From positions 35,776,001-35,840,000 of the forward strand of contig NC_086109.1 of the NCBI RefSeq assembly GCF_963921235.1: DNA of 64,000 nt, read 5' to 3'. This DNA comes from Mobula hypostoma. Lineage: Eukaryota. The notes under the pieces were generated by a model. That model was not told the origin of the DNA and ran no database searches. It worked only from the letters and a program-made list of their open reading frames with translations. A program made the position numbers and the translations under genes. Of the stretch, positions 25,458-38,519 are shown piece by piece (the stretch's first letter is position 1; every line of letters starts with the position of its first letter).

Positions 25458-27701
25458 ATTCATAAAACATGTTTCTGAAGCTATTGCATTGGAACATTTA
25501 AGTTTTAAGCTTCTCTTCTCATCTCTCTGATACAGGACAAAATTAATGCAATCTTCAGTTTAGGAAATTTGAACATTCACATTTTAACATCATGCTGATT
25601 GATATTACTGATTTCTATCTGCCTGTGTTTTCATCCTGTGACTTTGTATGCGATTTATCTACCTTAATGAACCTTGACAAACATATAACTCACTTGGAAT
25701 AACTCACCATCATTAACTTCACATATACACAACACAAATATTGAGAAATCTATTTCTGTCCAAAATTCTTCAGTAATGGTGTTTGCGACACATAGAGAAG
25801 CTCATCTAAACCCTTTGATGTTTGAGGAATTACCTTCAAAGGAGAAAGAAAATCACAGAATGTTACTGAAGAACTGAAATCCCTTGATCTTTTGCCTTCC
25901 ACATTTGTTTTGGATTATATAACCCTTGGAAATCCCTTGCAAATTCTTTCTTTTTCAATTGCCAGCGAACAGGAATTAAAGTTTTAAAAATTTACTTTTT
26001 TTCTAACTGATTAGTCATCAACTTCTGGAGTAATCTACTTCTGGACTGGAGGGTTTAATAGCCTGATAATTTTTACCATTTTCAATTAATATTGAATGTT
26101 CTGTGAAATCCTGCTGAAAATTTTGAAAGCAAAATATTGCAGGTTTTGTAAATTCATTATAATGAAAGCTAATGCTGATAATATTTAAAATTTCAAGCAG
26201 CATAAATTGAGAGAAAAGGGGTGTTAACATTTTAAGTTGACCATCTTTTCTCAGAACTGAGAAAAGTTAAAAATAAAACAAACAGAAGATAATGAAGCTG
26301 TGGCCTTCAGGAGATGACACCTTATGTCAGATTATCCTTCCTCCCAATCCCATCTCTTTCTCATCCACTCCCTCTACCCACAGCAATATCAGGTCACATT
26401 TCAAAGAGATCTGCTGGCACCAAATATTTTGATTAATGGAGAGTCTGGTAACTTCAATATAGTGCAGTCTTTGTTTTATTGCAAATTATTTATAAAGGTT
26501 ATGGTTGTAACCTTTTGATTTGATTAGAACAAGCTACACAAAATCATGTTCTGTAAGGGTGATGCTGAAATGATCCATGCATTAGGCGAATAGTGACAGA
26601 AGGTGCCTGAAACAATTTCCTGATGGATAGGACCTGAGAACAAAATGGTTACAGCATCCATTTTACGCACAGTTTACAGAAAAGAACAAAATGTCATTTC
26701 ATAAATTTGCTCCACCTGAGCTGAATATTTGAAGTAATCCAGAAGTTATCTTTGTTCTGAAATGTTTATCAGATATGGAGAACTAGTAAATAGCAACTGA
26801 AAGAACTTTTAATGGGATTTGGTCCATTCCTTCAGATTTTAATCATTAGTGATAGAGCTATAGAATTTGAAGCAGATTTATTATCACTGATATAGATGTG
26901 AAACTTGTTGTTTTGCATCCCCAGTACAGTGCAAAGGCATAAAATTTTATCAATTACAGAAATAAATAAATTGTGCAAAATGGAAGGAGTAATGAGTTCA
27001 TGGGTTCATAATGGCAGCGGGGAAGAAGCTGTTCCTAATTCATTAAGTGTGGACCTTCAGGTTCCTGATCCTCCTCCAGGATGGTAGTAACAAGAAGAAA
27101 CCAAGTTCTAGATTGTGAGGGTCTCTTCTTGAGACATCACCTCTTAAAGATATGTGTCATAAAGCCATAGAGCACGGAAGCAGGCCTTTTGGCCTTACTC
27201 TTCCATGCTGATATTGATGCCAACGAGCTAATCCCATTTGCCTGCATTTGGACCCTCTAGCCCTCTGAACCCCTTCTATCCATGTACTCATCCAGGTAGA
27301 TTTTAGATGTTCACAACGTACCTATTTCAATCACTACTTCTGGCAGTTCAGTCTACGTACACTCCACCTTTGGGATTGTGTCCTGATGACCCTATTAAAT
27401 TTCTTGCCTTTGATCTTAAACCTATGCCTCTTGCTTGTAGCACCTCCTTCCCGGGAAAAAAGATTACTTTCACCCTGTCTTATATACTGTTTCTCTATCT
27501 GGTCACCCATCAACCCCCTATATTTCAGGGATTAAATTCCTAGTCTATGCAACCTTTCCTGGTAACTCAGACTCTCAAATCCATGGAACATCTTGGTAAA
27601 TCTTTTCTGCACTATTTCTAGTTTAATACCATCTTTCCTAGAATAAGGTCTCCTAAGCTGTACACAATACTCCAAGTGTATCCTCACCAGCATCTTATAT
27701 A

Positions 27702-27942
27702 GGAGGGAGGGAACGTCGACTCAGACCATGAGAGGCCTGCGTCGGGCATTTTCATGCCTTACAAGGCACAGATTGGAAGTCTGTGTGGGGCGCCACTCCT
27801 TGCACAGACATGAGAGCAATGTGTGGTTAAGTGCCTTGCTCAAGGACACAAACACACTGCCACAGCTGAGGCTCAAACTAGCGACCTTCAGATCACTAGA
27901 CGAATGCCTTAACCACTTGGCTACGTGCCCAACACAGGTTAT
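27702..27942 (-). mobile_element. tRNA-derived SINE (family 2)
   Basis: 10-bp TSD ATCTTATATA (27692-27701, 27943-27952). Head and core nearly identical to the SINE at 15487; different 3' half ending in (CCCT)n. Confidence 0.85.
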
Positions 27943-28065
27943 ATCTTATATAACTGCATCATAACTGCCCAAATCCTGTACTCAATGCCCTGACTGATGA
28001 AGGCGAGTGTGATACACATTTTCTTCATCACCCTATTAACTTATGATGCTACTTTTAATGACTCA

Positions 28066-28133
28066 CAATACTGTGAAAATGTCTTAGTCATAAATATATA
28101 GTTAGGGTGCCTAAGACTTTCACACAGTACTGT
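28066..28133. mobile_element. Tiny palindromic Tc1-type MITE
   Basis: CAATACTGTGAAAATGTCTTAG ... CTAAGACTTTCACACAGTACTG imperfect terminal inverted repeat. Confidence 0.55.
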
Positions 28134-28552
28134 GTATGTTAATGTGGAGTGGAGAGTAAGTCTGTAAATCTGGCGGGACCAAAGGATGTTGGGAATGGTG
28201 AGGGTCGAGCGCCGCAGGAGGGGTGTGGGAAAGGTGGCAGAGACGAAATGCAAGGTCTGGGGGTTGGTGTGGGTGCAGACACACCCACCCCTGAGACACC
28301 AAGCAAAATCATTCAATTCGAAGCAATTGGTTTGTTGATCATTACCAAATGTTGTTCTAGTGCTTCCCACTCTCAGTCCACAATAAAGACCCACATCAGA
28401 AACACATTTATCATCACACACATGGAGTATGTCATAAAATTTGTTCTTTTTTGTGGTGGATAAGGATAGGGCATTCACTGCTCTACTCTCATCTACCCCC
28501 AAGACTACCTCCTTGAAGAACTTCAAGAGGTTTGTCAGATGTGACTTCCCAT

Positions 28553-29444
28553 TGTTACGTACCCCGTAACTGGGTTGCCAAACCAGCAGAAATGGATCGC
28601 TCAGTTGGAGTCTGGATTATTAGAACTAAGAAAGTTTTATTAAAGAAACAAGCAACACAGTACTCTAATCAAAAGGATAATGAATGCAACAGTTCAGCAA
28701 TGAGAAACATACATGTACACAGAATTCAGATAACAGGATCAATCAAGCTCTATCGTTGTCTAGGGGTAAAACACCAGTTTCAAAGTGATGCAAAGTTCAG
28801 TTCAATTTAGTTCAGTTCAGTTCACAGTAATCGCTGCCGTGGGAAATGGACAGTGTGGGGGAAGGAGAGAGAGAGCAAAACGAATGAATATTCAAGGCTT
28901 CCCCACAGACCTTCGCAGTCAGCTTTCGGGCGAGTCCTTTGTGATGTCATCTGAGGTCACTGACCGTGACCCCTCCGTTTCCAAATACGATCATTTCTCT
29001 GCGGTGAACCCGACACCCAGGCAAGGGTGGACACACACCAGGTTCCCGCCGATCGTGCCCTTCCACCCTGAGCGTCTATGGCCTGGTCCCGTAACTGGCC
29101 TTCCAAAACTTCCCACCGACTTGTGAGAGACGCACCGCTTCCAGGGTCTCGTTACCTCGGGTGTCGGGTGTGTCTTGCCTTAGCAAACCTGTCCCTTTTT
29201 ATCCCCCTGCTGGGGTATCGCCTGTCCATCACTTCAAACAGTTCAGGGTTCAAAGGGGGAGCCGATCTTGACAGTTATCTCCTTCTGTTACTCTCTCTCC
29301 TGTCCCTTCATTAACATCTCCAAATGCTGCTCCATTGTTTTCCTTATCTCTCTCTCTCCTGAAGACAGGTGGCAGACCAACTGCTGATCCCACTGGTGCC
29401 AGCACAGGACAGCTACATCTTAAACTATGTGTATTCTTGTCACA
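28553..29444 (-). repeat. 3' LTR
   Basis: TGTTAC...GTCACA on +; ~97% identical (by eye) to 32625-33515. Confidence 0.95.
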
Positions 29445-29456
29445 CTTCCCCCCTTT
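29445..29456 (-). promoter_or_regulatory. Polypurine tract
   Basis: AAAGGGGGGAAG on -, abutting the 3' LTR. Confidence 0.85.
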
Positions 29457-30286
29457 AAGGATTTTTACCGGGGTAAAAATTACACACGTGAATACATTAT
29501 TTGATACACACAAATATACATCTTTATCAGCTATTTGGCTAATACAGCAAGTTTGAAGTTGTCAACACCTGACAGACAGTCAGCCATCACATTTTCTGTT
29601 CCTTTTATATGTGTTATCAATAATCCCTTAGACCAGGCTCCAATTTAACAAACTTCATAGTGGCCAAAAACACTGATGAATTGCGGTCAATGTAACCTCT
29701 CATTGGGTTTCGTCCCGGACCACAATAACAAGGGTCGTCCCATTCCAACTTAGTTTTCTCTCGCAAGGGCTTAGTAGGAGGGGGAGGGGTAGTAACCGCA
29801 GAGTTATTGCAAAACTTCCTACAATACCCCACCATCTCCAAGAGCCTTCTGAGGGCCCTCTTGTCTGTCGGGGTTGGGATGTCAGAGATAGCCTGCACTG
29901 TAGCTTGCATCGCTGCCAGCTGCCCCTGTGCCACCACAATTCCCAGGTAAGTGACCTTCGTGTGGCCGAACTCATTTTTTCAAGGTTCACTATCAAGCTG
30001 GCTTCAGACAGCCGTATTACATCGCCAATGCACACCTCTGTGTTCGTCAGCCTGTTAGTCACTGAATTACTCATTCTATATGGATGTTGCTCGCTAGGCT
30101 GACCTACTGTAACAGACACCACCCAATGTCCCAGTTCTTTGCATCGCCTCGGGACAATCAAACACACGTGTGCGAGTCGTTTAATTACTTCTCCTAAAGA
30201 GTCACTTTGTTCGGGGATTAAAGGAGAGACCTTATCAGCAGAGCTGGCCAAAACAATAGCCTTCTCCCATCTGGTCGATACCATAC

Positions 30287-31680
30287 TCATCTTTTCAAAA
30301 TGTTTTTTTCTCTTATCAGGGGGCCCCTAGCTTCATTGATTTCCGCGCTAACACCGACTAGGTTTGTTAACATATCAAAAGCCTGTGACCGTCTCAGTTC
30401 GCGTCGGCCATAATGAATAACATCCTTCCTCCAGTGCAGCCGGTAAACCTCTTTCATGATTGCACCAACTGTTTCCTCCAGCACCGCAAAATGTCCACTG
30501 GGGGGTACCTTCTGGGCCAGGTTAAAAATCTCATCCCCATAACTCTTTTGCACCACCCCCCATTCCTCATCTGCGGGTATGGTACTTGGTTTCCCTTTCT
30601 TCCTTAGCACTTCCTCCTCCACACAATAGCCTACTGGTTCCCTTGTTAATTCTGTGTCAGAGAGAGCTGTCTCTGCCAAAACCATCAGCCCCTCGTCTCG
30701 CTCCTGCGTCTGCACAAATTCTTTCCTGGCTAATGCTAAGTCTGTCTCAGCTCCCTCACTACCTCCTGTTTCACTACACTCCTTCTTTTCACTTTCTACC
30801 CCCTTCTCGTACAAGGCTGGCAGAAGCATCTCAGCTAAATTTATTACTGCAGTCCCGTGATGAACCTGTGAGTCCATGGGCAGGGCCTCAATGCTGGCAG
30901 GCTGACCTGTCAATCTCATGGCTGGGAACACGATTCCCCCGGCGAGGTCATTACTGAGCAGGACTTCCACGCCTTTCATCGGTAATTCGGGCCTCACCCC
31001 GATCGTGACTAGTCCAGAGACCAGGTTGCTTTGTAAGTGTATCTGGTGCAAAGGGACGGCCTCTGTCCCTTCCCCAATACCTTTGACCTTGACCTCCCCA
31101 GTCTGGGTCTCTGAGCTAAACGCTAATACACTCTTCAGTATTAGTGACTGACACGCTCCCGTGTCTCTCCAGATCTGCACTGGAACTGGTTTTAACCCCT
31201 CCTTCACTGACACCAATCCGGCCGAGATAAACTTCTCACGCCCTTCCTGAACTTTGGCAGACCTGTCCTCTTCTAGCGGTTCGTTTACCAGCTCGATACA
31301 GCCAGTCAAAATCACCGTTTTTCCTTTTCCCGTCTCCTTCTTTGGGGCAAAGCACCTGGACACAAAGTGTCCGACTTTCCCGCAATTATAACAGACGACC
31401 CCAGGAGACTTCCTACCAGACTGCTCCCGGTCTACCTTATCCTTCTTACTAGTCCCCGGCTTACTTTCTGACTTTTCTGGCGGACTCTCCCCACCCTCCT
31501 GACTACCCTTCTGGTAGGCTTTACTTGGGGCAAACTTCATTTTATGCGTCAACGCATACTCATCCGCTAACTTAGCAGTTGCTGCTAACGTGGCTGCCTC
31601 TTTCTCATCTAGCTAGGGTCTCATACCCTTAGGGACACAACCTTTAAACTGCTCAATCAGGATCAGCTGTAGCAGTCTGT
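30287..31680 (-). pseudogene. Gypsy gag C-terminus (CCHC knuckle), aspartic protease and start of integrase region
   Basis: CYNCGKVGHFVSRC; WRDTGACQSLI and LLSNDL protease motifs; degenerate LAQKVPPSGHF. RT-like scraps follow at 29600-30050 (LRRLLEMVGYCRKFCNN). Confidence 0.8.
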
Positions 31681-32525
31681 CATAATCCCCCTCTTGCCCC
31701 TTTTGAGGCGCACCAACGCTCACAATATGTCTGCATCTCACAGGCAAACTCTAAATACGTGCGGTCCCACTGCTTCCTCGCATTCCGGAACTTCTGCCGA
31801 TATGCCTCCGGGACCAACTCATAAATCCTGAGGATGGCCTCTTTCACCACCTCATACCTCTGGGCATCTTCCGCGGACAAAGCTGAGTAAGCTTCTTGGG
31901 CTTTCCCTTTCAGTACACTCTGAAGCAAAACAGCCCACTTATCCCTCGGCCAGTCCTGACTCGTATCAACTTTTTCGAAATGGAGAAAGTACCGATCCAC
32001 GTCGGTATCGTCAAATGGGGGAACCAGCCTAACCTCCTGGGTCGCCCGGAACCCTCCACCTTGGTTCGGCACGAGCCCCTGCTCGGCCCTTATCTTTAAC
32101 TTCTCCAGCTCGAATTCCCTTTCCCTCTGCCTCTCTCTCTCTTCTCGCTCCCATTGCCTCTCTTTCTCTTCTCTCTCCAACTGTCTGTCCCTCTCTTTCT
32201 CTTCTCGCTCCAACTGTCTGTCCCTCTCTTTTTCTTCTCGCTCCAACTGCCGTACCCGGAACTCGTGCTCGAGTCTCAGTTTCTCAAGCTGCACATTTAC
32301 CGCGTCTCCGGCATGTTTTTCAATAGACACCACCTCCAGCTCGCCTTGAGGAAACACACCTTTAGATACATAGTGTTCTACGATAGCTCTGTGTATCTCC
32401 TCTCTCCTCATTGTCGACTTCCCCTTAGCAAGATTCAACCGTTTGGCCACAGCGACCAGTTCCGATTTCCTGGCATCCTCTAATGCCTCCAAGGTCGGCG
32501 CCTTTATAATTTCCTCAGCCTCCAT
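31680..32525 (-). pseudogene. Gypsy gag (coiled coil + SCAN/capsid-like region), frameshifted near 31695
   Basis: VPPFDDTDVDRYFLHFEKV..WP..KWAVLLQSVLKGKAQEAY..Y..VKEAILRIYELVPEAYRQKFR; the reading continues in another frame as ..DYDRLLQLILIEQFK. Confidence 0.85.
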
Positions 32526-32601
32526 TTCTGCTGTTTGTCTTTTCTTTCTTTTGGGAATTTTGACCCAATCAATTTACTCCATCCCAAATTTAGCGTTCAA
32601 A

Positions 32602-32620
32602 ATCGCGGACGAGAACCCCA
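32602..32620 (-). promoter_or_regulatory. Primer binding site, tRNA-Pro-like
   Basis: TGGGGTTCTCGTCCGCGAT on -, 4 nt inside the 5' LTR; resembles PBS-Pro TGGGGGCTCGTCCGGGAT. Confidence 0.75.
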
Positions 32621-32624
32621 CTTA

Positions 32625-33515
32625 CGTTACGTACCCCGTAGCTGGGTTGCCAAACCAGCAGAAATGGATCGCTCAGTTGGAGTCTGGATTACTAGAACTA
32701 AGAAAGTTTTATTAAAGAAACAAGCAACACAGTACTCTAATCAAAAGGATAATGAATGCAACAGTTCAGCAATGAGAAGCATACATGTACACAGAATTCA
32801 GATAACAGGATCAATCAAGCTCTATCGTTGCCTAGGGGTAAATGACCAGTTTCAAAGTGACGCAAAGTTCAGTTCAATTTAGTTCAGTTCAGTTCGCAGT
32901 AATCGCTGCTGTAGGAGATGGACAGTGTGGGGGAAGGAGAGAGAGAGCAAAACGAATGAATATTCAAGGCTTCCACACAGACCTTCACAGTCAGCTTTCG
33001 GGCGAGTCCTTTGTGATGTCATCTGAGGTCACCGACTGTGACCTCTCCGTTTCCAGATACGATCATTTCTCTGCGGTGAACCCGGCACCCAGGCAAGGGT
33101 GGACACACACCAGGTTCCCGCCGATCGTGCCCTTCCACCCTGAGCGTCTATGGCCTGGTCCCGCAACTGGCCTTCCAAAACTTCCCACCGACTTGTGAGA
33201 GACGCACCGCTTCCAGGGTCTCGTTACCTCGGGTGTCATGTGTGTCTTGCCTTAGCGAACCTGTCCCTTTTTATCCCCCTGCTGGGTATCGCCTGTCCAT
33301 CACTTCAAACAGTTCAGGGTTCAAAGGGGGAGCCGATCTTGACAGCTCTCTCCTTCTGTTACTGTCTCTCCCGTCCCTTCATTAACATCTCCAAATGCTG
33401 CTTCATTGTTTTCCTTATCTCTCTCTCTCCTGAAGACAGGTGGCAGACCAACTGCTGATCCCACTGGTGCCAGCACAGGACAGCTACATCTTAAACTATG
33501 TGTATTCTTGTCACA
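32625..33515 (-). repeat. 5' LTR
   Basis: CGTTAC...GTCACA on +; direct repeat of 28553-29444. Confidence 0.95.
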
Positions 33516-36500
33516 CCATACACAAAGCCATGCTGACTACCCAAATCAGATCCTGTCTCTCCAAATGTTTGTATATCATGTCCCTCAGGTTCTCCACCAG
33601 TAATTTATCTATCACTGGTGTTCGACTCACTGTCCTGTAATTTCCTGGTTTGTTCTTGTCACCCTTTTTAAACAAGGATTCCATATTAGCCTTTGGAACC
33701 TCACCTGTGGCAGAGGTGAAGCCAAAATCTCTACAAGGGTCTCAGTAGTTTCTTCTCTAGTCTGAGAATGCACTAGCTCACGTCCTGGGACTTTATCCAC
33801 CTTAATTCACCTTAAAGCCTCTAATACCTTCTCCCTGCTAATTTATATTAATGATGTTTTAATAAAGTAAAATAAAATATTTCTTTTTAAATTATAGTTA
33901 AAGTCATTTATAAACTTACTAAATTGCAATGGGAAGCAGTTAAAGAGCAGTGCTGAACCGTGAGCATCATCCATTCACCATTGACTGAAAATTTCTAAGC
34001 CACCATGTTTTCGCACTTCTTGCCAACATGAAATAAATGATTAAGGTGCCATCATATTTGTTTGTTGTTAGCTGTATGATACTAGTGTGTAAACAAATGC
34101 TCCATCTGTTTCCACCTCAAAGAAAGTTGTTAGAAAGAATGTGGAAAATAAATCCATGATGGTGAGCAACTTAATTAACACAAAGCACATACTGTTGGGC
34201 CTAATATTGAAAGAAACATGACTTCAAGATCATAAGTTCATGTCAGTCAACATTCTAATGCATGATAGAAATAACCTAGTTACTCAATAAGTGATATTAT
34301 GAATGGTTAAGAATGAAACAATGTGCCTTCGCACCTTTAGCCCATCATTATTAGTTATAGGCCAATGAAGAACTTCTGATGTGTAATTACTGCAGTTGGA
34401 TGGGCAACCAGGTAAATTGCTGCAAAAAGCAAGGGATTAGATCAATTGAGGAGTAAGTATTATTCATCAGATGAAAACGACCCAATTCTGTCTCCTTAAT
34501 TGGTCCTGTGGGGTCTTTTTATTTTATCTTGAAGCACTGTCAGGGTCTCATTTGAAAAGATAATTCATGTAAGTCAATGGACTATATTATAATTTTTTTC
34601 TTGAAAGCTATATTGCATAGAAAATAAAAACATCATGCCTAAAAATTCATGCTCACTTAAACTATTCACAGAAGTGGTGTTGAATATGGTCTGATGTTAG
34701 TTTGATCCAGGTTGGTGGAGAATAATTGTTCCTGTTTGACATGGATTGTTGAAGTGCTACAACTTGCAGATTGTTTTCTGCAGCTGTCTCCATTAACCAC
34801 AAGTTATTTTGGGAATCATGATATGAACCTGTATTAAGTATGAAACAGTTAAAGCATTGATGTCAGCTGGAACTGCTGCAGACCGTTTAGGATAAACTGT
34901 GTGATTCGTTCTTACTTAGATATCTGAATGTTTTCCCAGCACTGGGATGGAAATTCCAGCAAAATAAATGGATTTCCCCTGGGGAATGTTGGAAGACAGT
35001 GGAATTCAGAAAAATAAAAGACTATATACTGCATTGGTCTAACTCTGTGATTAATTATCTGGCACTCTGCTAAGCAGCATGTAAACAATAGCTATTTTTT
35101 AACACCCCCCACCCCCTGCCCAAAATACTGGGTATGCTCAGAACTAGGTACAATTCTATTAACATATAATGTATTCTAACATGCCTGATCCAAACATGAT
35201 CAGAAACCTGTCAATCATTGCACCTGAGCTGAATCACCAATATCTTTCGCTGCAGGTCTCACACAGATGGACCTGGAATCATTTGGAGTGCCTTGCAGAA
35301 TGATTGGCATCACTCTTGCATGTCCAATAGCCCTGGTGTTCAAGCATATTACATGAGTTAAGACATGCAATTCAATGCCACTGTGTACATTATATAGCTC
35401 TGATAACATCCAGCAATTTATTGAACCATACCACATATATGGAATAAAGATACTAATCAGCCATGATTGATGGGCAATAGATTCAAGGACCTAAATGGCC
35501 TTACCTTACTGTATTTTGTTTAGTTTTTTAAGTAAGATTATCATTGCTGGTGGTTTTGGCTGCTAGTCTCCTGGTTTCAACATAGCAAAATGGCTTCCTT
35601 CAAATGAGGCAGATTCACAGTTCATTAATTATCAGCTTCACAGTGACATATAAGAGTGAAAATGAATTGTACTCTGTTAATGAAAGGTTCAATAGACACA
35701 GGAAAGCCTCCTGCTGAAAACTTTCCGTATATATAGCTTAGAAGTATCTGATATATTCACACTTCTTTACAATTCATAAACTTTCAACTGAATTAAACTA
35801 AAGTATTGACTTCAGGTAAACCAAATCTCTGTATAAATGTTCAATCCTGGTCTGCAGAGCCTAAAATCAACTATTAGATGAAATTAATAAAATATTAAAG
35901 TTGGCTAAAAATGTAAAGCTCAGTCTAAATGATTAGGCATCGGGATAGGTTTTATTTAAAATTGAATGAAATGAAAATGAATAATTATAGGAATTTGCCG
36001 ATCTTCACAAAAAATGAGTAGTCCAAGCAAAGCCTAATTACATTCTTTAAAACTGATTCTGACACAGCCCACAGCCACACACAAAATGTACTTATAAATC
36101 TGTACATTTTTCATAGGTTTGCATACTTTATAATGTAGTTTATGCAATGACTTTGTAAGAATACTTTTAAATGGTGCTACTATTTCTCTGCCATTCCCTG
36201 ATCGCCTTACTTCAGGTTCCATTGGGTCTTTATAGATGTAGTACTGTACAACTTAAATGCTGAAAAAACTTTCTTGTCCTGAACAATTATTTTGAATCAT
36301 AATCTATCTGTAAAACTGCCTAGGGACTAGAACAGAACAAAGAAAGATAAAAATAATTCTTTCCTCTTTATGTAAATTTACCCATCCTCAGAAAAAAATA
36401 TTCCAGTTATGGAGAAGAATTGATGACACTTAATGCACATGAGTTCCAAAGTTTCTCCATTTATTTGCATTAAAGTCATGTTGCTGGTCACCTTGAAACT

Positions 36501-38519
36501 ATGAAAACTTAACAAAGAGCAAGAAGTTTAATTGAGAATTTCACCAAGCATAAAGCCATGCTGGAGCTAACTTTGCCAGTTTCAGCCTGAAATCCCCCAA
36601 ATAATCTACTGCAGGTCACAGCAGCAGTGAGCGTGAAGTACCACAGGCTGCAGTCAATGGGGTAGGCTGTATCTAATCTACATTCCACTGTGGGTTGAAG
36701 AGAATGTAAATAAACTTACTTTTCCTTGAATGTAGAGTTTGAACACCCTAATACAGCTGATCAAACTGGATAAAGTTATTGTGACACTGACCTTCATGGA
36801 AAAAAACAATCAAGGCACACAGGGTAGTCAAAGTTGTATTTGCTGCAAACTGGAAATACAATATGTCTTCCATCCTATTCAGCCAGTCCGTTAGGACAAT
36901 TATGCATGGTTACACATATGCTATTGGTATCATTATGGGAGATAAAAATCATTGCAGCACAGGAAGAGACCAGTAGGCCATTTGAACCACCTATGAATGT
37001 TCTCTTTGACCAGTTCAATTTGACCCAGTCCTTGATTTTTTGCCTAGAGCCCTGTACTTCCTGCATTCCTTCAATAAATCATCCAATTCTGCTTTGACTG
37101 TCACAGATAGGCCTGTTCCCACCACTTTTCAAGCATATAATTCTACAGTGTCTCTCCTTACAATATATATCACCTTTTGAGGTTTGACACATCATCCTTA
37201 CCATTGTAGTCTCTGGTTCTGACTCCTCCACCAATGGAAATAGCCTCCTTTACATTAGTTTGTTTAGACACTTCATGATTCTAAACACTTCTACTACTTC
37301 TCCTCTCAACTCCTTCTACACTGAGAAGAGCAACTCATTTTGTTTTTCAATTGTCCACCAAAATAAAATCTCATTCTCATTAAGATATTCATAGTCCTGA
37401 TGGACCAACTGGTTGAATTTATTGCTGCAGTGATTCTCTATAATGAGATGACATATTTTCCCTCCAGCTGCCATTTCCCAAACTATATTCAGCTCAAGGG
37501 TAAAATGGAATACAACCGTATCCCTATAATTATATTCTAAATGCCGTTGACTGTAAATGTGTACTCCATCCTCTTCAACCATTTTGCCAAGACCTTCGAC
37601 AGATGTTTGCCCCCAATTGAGGGAGACAGTTACAACTGCTGCCTATTTGTTTATAACATTCCCAGTGATGGATCAGTTGCTTCTGCTAACAATTTTTATT
37701 CAGAGTTAAGTAGAAGAGTCACATTATTAATTGGCACTCGATAACAGCGTCTGTTAAGAAGTGTTAAGTGCAACATTACTGGAGATTGAAATTTTGCTGT
37801 AATATTTATGAAAAAGTTGTGTCTTTATCACCCAATTAGTATTTTGGGATTTACTCCAGCTCGTTATTTTTCCTGTTGTTGAGGACATCTAGTTTTCTTT
37901 ACATGTCAGAGTATCATTTATTCCGAATGTTTACCGTAATAGTCAACTTCCATTTTAAAGTAAGGAAAGTTCTGTTTACCCCCTCCCTTCAGGAATTGCT
38001 TTCATTTATAACATTGCTAATAGAGATCTTGATAAAGAAGTTCATTCTTTGGTTTTGCACTTGGTTACAGAACAAGAACTGGTTTTATCCTTCCTTTATC
38101 TATAAATTTTATATGAAAAAGATAGATGAACCATCTACTTCACCAGGAGTTTAACTCCCTTATCTGACACTGGAATTTGGTGATTTCTATGGAATACTAT
38201 TCATATTGCTATTGGCCTAATAAGAGGCTGCACCCTCTTATTCTAAAGTTGATTTCATTCAGATTAGGAAGTAAGATTGCAGGCTTCTTGATCAATTTGA
38301 TGCTAATGTTTATCTTTTTTTTTCTTGAGGTTTTCCTATTTTCTTGATAAAGCTTCAGAGGAAATAATTGTTATCACCACATGAATTATATGATTTCCAA
38401 TAAATCTGTTTCCTCATGACTTGCACATATTTTCCCTGGTTATGCTTTGAGATTGCAGAGTGTGTAGAAATACTAGATTAAAGGTTGTTGAGTTAATTAT
38501 TATTAATATAGATGAAAGC

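Larger units (their letters stand above)
28553..33515 (-). mobile_element. Gmr1-like Gypsy/Ty3 LTR retrotransposon, internally deleted, both LTRs present
   Basis: Two ~891-bp LTRs; 4-bp TSD CCAT (28549-52, 33516-19); PBS and PPT in the expected positions; gag/pro/partial pol on - strand. Confidence 0.93.
27160..33840 (-). mobile_element. Old CR1 LINE fragment, interrupted by a SINE, a MITE/Rex piece and the Gypsy element
   Basis: Tail at ~27160 (CATAAAGCCATAGAGCACGG); RT pieces at 28460-28552 and 33516-33840 join seamlessly (GTGACTTCCCAT|ACACAAAGCCATGCTG). Confidence 0.75.

Noticed and set aside
27711..27726. AACGTCGACT motif resembling the hammerhead 3' half
   Set aside because: No upstream CUGANGA core or helix II on either strand; it is part of a SINE tail.
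28532..29556. Duplicated ORFs in 28532-29556 and 32535-33603 as a duplicated gene pair
   Set aside because: They are incidental frames within the two LTRs, with no protein motifs.
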